The notes under the pieces were generated by a model. The model was given only the letters and a program-made list of their open reading frames with translations. It was not told where the DNA came from and searched no databases. A program made the translations under genes and the position numbers. Of a stretch of 64,000 nt of DNA, positions 57,470-64,000 are shown piece by piece. The stretch comes from Nitrospirota bacterium. GTDB lineage: Bacteria; Nitrospirota; UBA9217. The DNA lies in assembly GCA_963845065.1 (NCBI GenBank), contig CAWJQQ010000009.1, positions 704,001 through 768,000 on the forward strand, in the 5' to 3' direction. How positions within the stretch are numbered: position 1 is the stretch's first letter; every line of letters starts with the position of its first letter.

Positions 57470-59080
57470 CTACCCCAAGCGGTTTTTTTCGTCTATGCTA
57501 GACGCTGCATTGTTCTTGTTAAACCATTTTTTTGTTCGATATCCCCATCCTATACCGAGCAGGGCAATAATTGCGCACAACCATCCGATCCAATCACCCA
57601 ACACAGCATAGACAGTACGCCCCTGCATCAAAGGTATCCTACCGGCGAGGGTTGCCTGAGTCCACTGGGCAGTGCGGCGGTCGATCCGCCCAACCGGGTC
57701 CACAATGGCTGATATACCAGTATTGGTAGACCGGACGAGAGCACGCCGGTGTTCAATTGCCCGGAAACTTGCGAGGACCAGGTGCTCCAAGGGTTGAATC
57801 GTGTTGCCGTACCACGAATCGTTTGTCAGGTTGAACATCGCCTCGGGTATGCGATGGTCCCGACCTCCCTGCATAAGCGTGCGGATGTGTTCGGGGAATA
57901 TATCTTCGTAGCAAATGCTCACGGATAGGACGTGGCCGTTAAGTTGAAGGGGTTCCGTATTCTTCCCTCTCCAGAACCTGCCTGAATAGGGTGACCACGA
58001 ATAAAATTTGGGGAAGATGTCGCCGAAGGGGATGTACTCGCCGAAGGGGACAAGCACCATCTTATCATACGTGCCGACGATGCGGCCCGTTGCGTTCACG
58101 AGAATAGCGCTGTTGTACATGCGGCGCTCGCCATGCTCTTCAGTGCGAATGATGGTGCCAAAGAGCAGCGGAGTGCGTAGATCTCCCAGTAGGCTAGTTG
58201 GCAATACTGCCTCACGGGACGCGAGATTCAGGGCGAGTACGCCTTCAGGCCAGACAATGATGTCAAGCGGTTGTGTCTTGATAAGCTCGCGGGACAGTTC
58301 CTGGTGTTCGCGAAGAAAAAGGTTCGCGTCAACATGTTCCTCCGCGGCCCCTAGGTTTGTCTGCACCACTCCGACTGCCAAGGATCCGGCTGATAATGTG
58401 CTCCTGTCCACCATACCGATACGAAGCGCGCCGTAGATCAATACCACCCCTATAACAGACGCCAAGACGGCAGCTGGTCTCCACGGATGGGGATGCTTGC
58501 TGCGAATCCGCTCGATCACCACATGAATTGTGGAGTTCGTGTATACGAGCAGAAAGGTGACACCTAGGATTCCAGTAATATCCGCAATCTGTGTCACCAG
58601 GGAAAGTTTATACTGACTAGCGCCAAGGTAGTTCGGGAACAGTTGGGGCCAGAACTTTTCAGTTGCTGTCCACACTACTGGTGAGACCCATGCCGTACTC
58701 CAGCCCGTATCGCGGCAGATTAAGCGGGTAGCCCAGGCCCAGATCGCGAAGACCATTCCATTTGCCGCGGATAAAAGCAGCAGCCCCAGTGCAGCAAGCG
58801 GCCATGCCAGCTCTGCAAACTGTTGGAGCATTGTGACAATCCAGTAGAATCCGCCCCCGTGGCCTACGATGCCCGCGACCCATCCTATGAGGAACGCACG
58901 GCCCGGTGTCTGTTCGCTGATCGCCCAGAGTATCGGCACCAAGCATATCCACTCGAGGTAGAACTGGTCAAAGCCGACATAGCCGAGAAACGTCAACAAT
59001 CCTCCTGCAACGGCGGCGAACCACGGCAGCAACGAATGCATCGGCGCTGAGTTTTTCTTCATTGCGTCGTTATTTATCAT
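57470..59080 (-). CDS. lnt: Apolipoprotein N-acyltransferase
   Basis: TM N-terminus, VQTN, WPEG, YDKMVLVPFGEYIP, ICYED, TNDSWY and RSTNTGIS (E-K-C triad intact). Confidence 0.93.
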   Translation of the reverse strand: MINNDAMKKNSAPMHSLLPWFAAVAGGLLTFLGYVGFDQFYLEWICLVPILWAISEQTPGRAFLIGWVAGIVGHGGGFYWIVTMLQQFAELAWPLAALGLLLLSAANGMVFAIWAWATRLICRDTGWSTAWVSPVVWTATEKFWPQLFPNYLGASQYKLSLVTQIADITGILGVTFLLVYTNSTIHVVIERIRSKHPHPWRPAAVLASVIGVVLIYGALRIGMVDRSTLSAGSLAVGVVQTNLGAAEEHVDANLFLREHQELSRELIKTQPLDIIVWPEGVLALNLASREAVLPTSLLGDLRTPLLFGTIIRTEEHGERRMYNSAILVNATGRIVGTYDKMVLVPFGEYIPFGDIFPKFYSWSPYSGRFWRGKNTEPLQLNGHVLSVSICYEDIFPEHIRTLMQGGRDHRIPEAMFNLTNDSWYGNTIQPLEHLVLASFRAIEHRRALVRSTNTGISAIVDPVGRIDRRTAQWTQATLAGRIPLMQGRTVYAVLGDWIGWLCAIIALLGIGWGYRTKKWFNKNNAASSIDEKNRLG

Positions 59081-59709
59081 GCTTGCATTTGAACCAATTT
59101 ATGGAAAGTTGGAAACATGACAGGACGTTGAGTGACATCTGGTACCTCATTGCGAAGAGTATTTTTGCTTAGCGGTAAACTTAAACATTGTCTGGTCAAA
59201 AAACTTATCCGGAAAAGGACAAAAACTATGGCGAAAAAAATAAAAAAAATAATGTATTTTATTTTTTTTTGACGCCGTGAGTTAGTGCCATAGTTATTCA
59301 AATAGGTAGCAATACTCATAGATTGAACAAATGGTTTTCATCGTGGTTTGGAACAATATCCATCCGAGAACAAGGACTCCGCTGTTGAGCCCGATCTTCC
59401 ACATCCTCGTCGGTTATGGACGTCAGCAAATCAGGGGTAATGCTAGAGACCCCACAGAGAGAGAGCAGACTGCGATTACAATCAAGGAGTTTCGAAAATA
59501 CCATGGAGGTCTTTTCTTTTACAAAGCGTGGGGATGGATGCATCCAGTACTCACCACGGTGTTTATTCTATATCGAGTATCTAACATCTTCAACGACCAG
59601 ATAAATATAGTGTTGGTACTAGACGGGGAAAAGCTCATTTCTTTAATAAAAAGAGGAATAACCAGTTAAAGAAAGATTGACAAAACTGCTGCCCATCCAT
59701 GCCAACCTT

Positions 59710-59765
59710 TTGATAAAATAGCGCGGCGGCAAACCCCTCATGTTTTAGCGGTGGGAGTGCGTCAA
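59710..59765 (+). repeat. Solo IS200/IS605-type end (mini-element)
   Basis: TTGAT..gcgcggcggcaaacccctcatgtTTTAGCGGTgggagtgcgTCAA; a further hairpin CGCCGC..GCGGCG..gTCAA follows at about 59804-59837. Confidence 0.5.
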
Positions 59766-59877
59766 GCTAAAGTACCTTCAGACTACGCAAAAGCCAAATG
59801 AAAACCCCGCCGCGTCTTGGCGGCGAGGTATTGTCAATCCTCTGGGACTTCACTCCATTTATCTCGATAACCCCGGC

Positions 59878-60477
59878 TTAGTGCATGTGCTCGTGCATCG
59901 GCATGTCCTTGTGCTCTGTATCGCTGCTCCTCATTCCGCAGCCCGCACCGCGATCTGCTTTTATCATCTCCTTCAGCCTCATCCTTTGATCGGGCGTCAG
60001 TATGGACTTCATCTCTTCATGTGCTTTGATAAGAGCAAGGAACATCTCCGCTTTGAGCGACTCGTTCTTCCTCACCGAAGCTTCGACTGACTTCATGTCT
60101 ACCGGTTCCTTTCCGAGTAGGTCTTTAAGCTCGATGCCGGCGATCTGTTTGTCCGCTCTCCTTTTTATCATGTCCTTTATCGTATTGCTGCGAAGCGCCT
60201 TGAGAGCATCTATCTGTTTATCATCGAGACCGAGACTCATGAGGTGTTTCCACATGGGATGGTCATCATCCATCATCATTCCACCGCCGTGCATGCCGCC
60301 CATGGAGTACAGCATACCGATGTCCTGGTGTCCCATTCCATCCATCATGCCGCCTTCTTTCATCCCCCCGCCTTTTTCACCCATGCAGCCGCACATCTGT
60401 GCATGAGCATTCGAGACCAGTGAGGAAATAAAGATAAACACGAAGAATATGCTTACAATACTTTTTTTCATTTTCAT
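59878..60477 (-). CDS. Spy/CpxP family periplasmic protein, Met/His/Cys-rich
   Basis: Signal peptide AHA/Q, LGLDDKQ and ILTPDQR (LTxxQ) motifs; RBS AGGGAGG before ATG 60477. Confidence 0.85.
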   Translation of the reverse strand: MKMKKSIVSIFFVFIFISSLVSNAHAQMCGCMGEKGGGMKEGGMMDGMGHQDIGMLYSMGGMHGGGMMMDDDHPMWKHLMSLGLDDKQIDALKALRSNTIKDMIKRRADKQIAGIELKDLLGKEPVDMKSVEASVRKNESLKAEMFLALIKAHEEMKSILTPDQRMRLKEMIKADRGAGCGMRSSDTEHKDMPMHEHMH

Positions 60478-60835
60478 ACCTCCCTTGAATTTATACGCAC
60501 ATGCGATCAATGATAGCAGAGAGAGGAAATAAATACAACCCTTCGATTGCATATCGAAATTTTGCAACATTTCCAAGATGTTGTAGAACGCATGCTGGTT
60601 CACGTTCCCGTTCATGTGGTGCAGAGGAAATTTGAACTTCAGGGAGGGCCGGGAATCAGGTGATTTTTTAATGCGCTGATAGCAATGCTACAATAGTTAT
60701 GCATTGGGTATGCAGTTATCTGTGCTGAGAAATCAACAAATGTTCTAGCTTCCTTGTTTTCTGCACTAAATAATTATTATAAGCACATAGACATATTTCA
60801 AAGGGTTGGAGTTTCCAGTCTCTGAAACAGTTAAA

Positions 60836-62273
60836 CCTGAATCCGGCGTGAGCCGGAATCTACTATGTTGAATCGACCCTTTTAAAATAGTGTTATAATG
60901 CCAAAAAGTGTTTGGAACCAAACCTACCTTTTTGATAGGTTACATTCCTATGCCATTCGGACCCAAAAATCTCAAAATTTCCTTCACCGGGAAGAACGTC
61001 ACTCACTTCGGTGGCGTATATCTTCTGCATCTCTTTTTCAAGCGCATCAAGCTGAAGGCTCTTCTCAGCAAAAAAGTTTTCTTTGCTCAGCGCAACAACC
61101 ATTACACCATATCAGAGGTGATTCTTGCACTGGTATATCCCATAGCTCTTGGATTCGGCAGGATCGAGACGACTCACCTTCTACGACACAATGGAGTCTT
61201 CCAGTATCTGACGGGATTGCCCTCCTATCCCGATCCACAAACCCTTCGGCGCTTCCTTCTAAGAATGGCGCCGCTGTCTCTGTCACGGCTCAGGCGGCTT
61301 CACGACAAACTGCTCTCGTCGATGATGCTAAGACCCTCTCCGCCTACACGCATTATATTCGATATGGACTCCACCGTCCTAGTCCTGTACGGCAAACAGG
61401 AGATGGCCAATATCGGATACAATCCGAAGAAGCGCGGAAGGCCATCATACCATCCTCTTGTCTGTTTCAACGGCATTACCAAGGACTACTGGCACGGAGA
61501 GCTTCGGCCAGGCGATGCGCATACCGCAGCAGGAGTCCTCAACTTTCTGGATGCAACCTTTGCCAAAGTGCCTTCTTCGGTAAAAGTCATAATCATCAGG
61601 GCAGACAAGGGTTTTTTCGACCACAAAACTGTCGAGTATCTGGAATCCAAGAGCGCCTTGTTCGCTATCGTCGCCAAGCTAACTCCACCGATCAAACGAA
61701 AGCTTGGTGTTTTGCCGTATCACCCTTATACATCCGGCATCGAGACGGCCGAGCTTACATATCCCATCAAGGCGGGACACAAGGAGCATCGGTTCGTCGT
61801 AATCCGCCGTCCGATACCAGAAGACCCATCGGATCAGCTCTCTTTGTTTACTCTGGGCAAGTACAGTTATCAGGTCATCGTGACAAACTTGAGCCTGACT
61901 CCACTCAACACGTGGAAATTTTACAACGGTCGAGCCGGCGTGGAACTCATTATAAAAGAACTCAAAGGAGATTATCCTTTAGCGAAGATACCAACCAAAC
62001 ACTTTGCCGCCAACGAAGCGTATTTTCACATTCTTTTGTTTTCATACAACTTGATCAACTGGTTCAAGCGCCTTTGCTTGCCAAAAGGTCTGCACAATAT
62101 AACGCTCAATACGTTACGATCACGTCTTCTACTTATTCCAGGCGTATTGGTAAAATCTGAAAACCGACCGACACTCAAATTTCCGGCCAATCTCTGGTAT
62201 CGTGAAGCTTTCGAGTATGCGGTAAAGACAATTGCCCGGCTGAAATTCTGACCATTTTCACGCCGGATTCAGG
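60836..62273 (+). mobile_element. IS1380-family insertion sequence (type 2), copy 2
   Basis: Same IRs and length as copy 1, TTAAA flanks; one difference noticed (G56804 vs A61998, R->K). Confidence 0.95.
60908..62251 (+). CDS. IS1380-family transposase
   Basis: Translation identical to 55714-57057 except one R/K. Confidence 0.93.
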   Translation: MFGTKPTFLIGYIPMPFGPKNLKISFTGKNVTHFGGVYLLHLFFKRIKLKALLSKKVFFAQRNNHYTISEVILALVYPIALGFGRIETTHLLRHNGVFQYLTGLPSYPDPQTLRRFLLRMAPLSLSRLRRLHDKLLSSMMLRPSPPTRIIFDMDSTVLVLYGKQEMANIGYNPKKRGRPSYHPLVCFNGITKDYWHGELRPGDAHTAAGVLNFLDATFAKVPSSVKVIIIRADKGFFDHKTVEYLESKSALFAIVAKLTPPIKRKLGVLPYHPYTSGIETAELTYPIKAGHKEHRFVVIRRPIPEDPSDQLSLFTLGKYSYQVIVTNLSLTPLNTWKFYNGRAGVELIIKELKGDYPLAKIPTKHFAANEAYFHILLFSYNLINWFKRLCLPKGLHNITLNTLRSRLLLIPGVLVKSENRPTLKFPANLWYREAFEYAVKTIARLKF

Positions 62274-62537
62274 TTAAATTATCAGCCTCTACGTTAAAAT
62301 CTGTATATAAAACACTCAATCCAAATACTCAATCCATCGTTGACTTCTATTTGAATCAGGCTTATATTCGTGCAAGTGCTGTGATGGCGTGTCATACTCG
62401 AAGCCATCTCGATAACATCACTAGTCCGAATGTTATAGTGGTGGCTATTTAATAATTGGTTGAGCATGGCAGTTACACAGTTTCCGCAATTATGCTTCCA
62501 TGAAAATTAACTCACCAATAGAGAAGGTGTTGTAATT

Positions 62538-64000
62538 ATGTTGTTGGTATTGCCAGCAGTCATCCTCGCCTTTCTTTTTCTCGACCCTTCTCTTTGCCGG
62601 GCTGATGCTATTTCTTCGTTAATCAACGTAATCACGCCCGATAGAGCTATACCTTTAGTAATACTCACCGTACTTATCATACTGGTTGAAGTCTTATTAT
62701 TACGTAATTTGTATGATGCCTTCCATGATCCCCTAACGGGGCTTCCAAACCGGACGCTTTTCATAGATAGGCTACAACACGTTATCACTGCGGCGCAGCG
62801 GCGGTCCGGCACTCCCAACTATGCAGTATTCTTCATCGACATGGATCGTTTCAAGATCATCGACGACAACCACGGTCATACCATTGACGATCAACTCATC
62901 GTTGTGGTAAGCCGCAAGCTTGCCGATTGTATCCGGCCCGGAGATACTATCGCGCGAATCGGAGGCGATGAATTTGCCATTCTCCTGGAGAACATCAGGG
63001 ACCCCGCTTACACCGTCAACGTCGCTGAGCGGATTCAGGCGAAATCTGTCCTCCCGCTCAATATCAAAGGGCACGAAATAATTACTTCAATCAGTATCGG
63101 AATCGCATTAGGCTCCAACCACTATGAACGGTCGGAACAGGTTCTTCGCGACGCGGACATAGCGATGTATGAGGCAAAAGAACGAGGGAATGCATCGTTT
63201 GAAATCTATAATGCTAATATGCATGCCAATATCCTGAACCGAATGCAATTGATAGCCGATCTGCGGGCAGCAGTCGACCATAAGGAACTTGCTCTCTACT
63301 ATCAGCCCATAATGGATCTGATGACTCAACAGTTGACGGGATTTGAAGCACTTGTCCGCTGGAATCATCCAACGCGGGGCCTCATCTACCCCATCGAGTT
63401 CATCCCTTTGGCAGAGGAACATGGACTTATCTATCAGATCGGAGATTGGATACTTCACGAAGCTTGCCGCGAGCTGAAATTGCTTCAGATACGATATCCC
63501 TTGCAACCACCGCTTAGCATGAGCATCAATATTTCAAGCAGGCAATTCTCGCAACAGGATCTCGTCGGCATACTCTCCCGATTTCTGGCGGAGACGGGTG
63601 TTGATCCGAAAACCTTGATATTGGAAATTACCGAGAGCATGATTATGGAGCACGTCGATGCTGCAGTAGATACAATGAAGCGGCTGCGAAACATGGGGAT
63701 ACATCTCCATATTGATGATTTTGGCACCGGCCATTCGTCACTGAGTTACCTGCAACTATTTCCGGTCTGTGCGCTCAAGATCGACCGTAGTTTTATCAAC
63801 AAACTTAACACCAACGGTGAAAATCAGGAGATCATCACACACATTGTTTCCTTGGCAAAGAACCTGAACTTCGAGGTGATTGCCGAGGGAGTCGAAATGG
63901 AGCATCAATTAGCCAATATAAAGAACCTGCACTGCGGCTATGGTCAGGGTTTCCTTTTTGCCCGTCCCATGGCTTTTAATGCAATAGACGTGTGGATGCG
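62538..64000 (+). CDS. Membrane-anchored GGDEF-EAL protein, truncated by the window end
   Basis: Manual translation (absent from the ORF track because no stop lies in the window): ATG 62538 after GAAGG, two hydrophobic segments, HDPLTGLPNR, RPGD..GGDEF, FEALVRW, DDFGTG and IAEGVE. Confidence 0.9.
   Translation, partial: MLLVLPAVILAFLFLDPSLCRADAISSLINVITPDRAIPLVILTVLIILVEVLLLRNLYDAFHDPLTGLPNRTLFIDRLQHVITAAQRRSGTPNYAVFFIDMDRFKIIDDNHGHTIDDQLIVVVSRKLADCIRPGDTIARIGGDEFAILLENIRDPAYTVNVAERIQAKSVLPLNIKGHEIITSISIGIALGSNHYERSEQVLRDADIAMYEAKERGNASFEIYNANMHANILNRMQLIADLRAAVDHKELALYYQPIMDLMTQQLTGFEALVRWNHPTRGLIYPIEFIPLAEEHGLIYQIGDWILHEACRELKLLQIRYPLQPPLSMSINISSRQFSQQDLVGILSRFLAETGVDPKTLILEITESMIMEHVDAAVDTMKRLRNMGIHLHIDDFGTGHSSLSYLQLFPVCALKIDRSFINKLNTNGENQEIITHIVSLAKNLNFEVIAEGVEMEHQLANIKNLHCGYGQGFLFARPMAFNAIDVWM

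Noticed and set aside
59416..59604. PilZ-like fragment (MDVSKSGVMLETP)
   Set aside because: Only the DxSxxG motif is present, with no RxxxR and an in-frame stop just upstream; too weak to call.
1..64000. CRISPR array, tRNA or rRNA genes
   Set aside because: No regularly spaced short direct repeats, cloverleaf or rRNA-like sequence seen; the repeats found are dispersed IS derivatives.

Overview
This is a 64-kb accessory region from an anaerobic Gram-negative bacterium. The gene content (abfD, DUF169, DUF362, two-CW domain, heme-c sensor kinase) suggests Nitrospirota or Desulfobacterota, which is an inference. No rRNA, tRNA or CRISPR array is visible. The window holds: (i) a co-oriented run of flavin/NAD(P) redox enzymes at 6.9-15.1 kb plus scattered others; (ii) many signalling genes, including a heme-c histidine kinase with a C-terminal two-CW domain, twin 7TM-PAS sensors with GGDEF versus kinase outputs, PilZ, GGDEF-EAL, hemerythrin and an ODP di-iron protein; (iii) envelope and acylation genes (pagL, DUF3015-DUF4105-hydrolase cluster, lnt, a pilin, and a sigma54-preceded glmS paralog with Cys1->Ser); and (iv) a dense mobile-DNA layer. 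That layer includes an intact IS630 and three intact IS1380 copies with visible IRs/TSDs, a decayed IS481-like element, IS110 and IS200 relics, three TnpB remnants that all keep the omegaRNA/right end, three near-identical 141-bp triple-hairpin MITEs and several ~50-bp solo IS200/IS605 ends. The best candidates for something undescribed are non-coding: an orphan bridge-RNA-like twin-loop region left by an IS110 relic (34.4-34.8 kb) and the nuclease-less omegaRNA/MITE loci. The glutaminase-dead GlmS and an apparent kinase-to-cyclase output swap come next. All family assignments come from motif recognition by eye; no database search was run.
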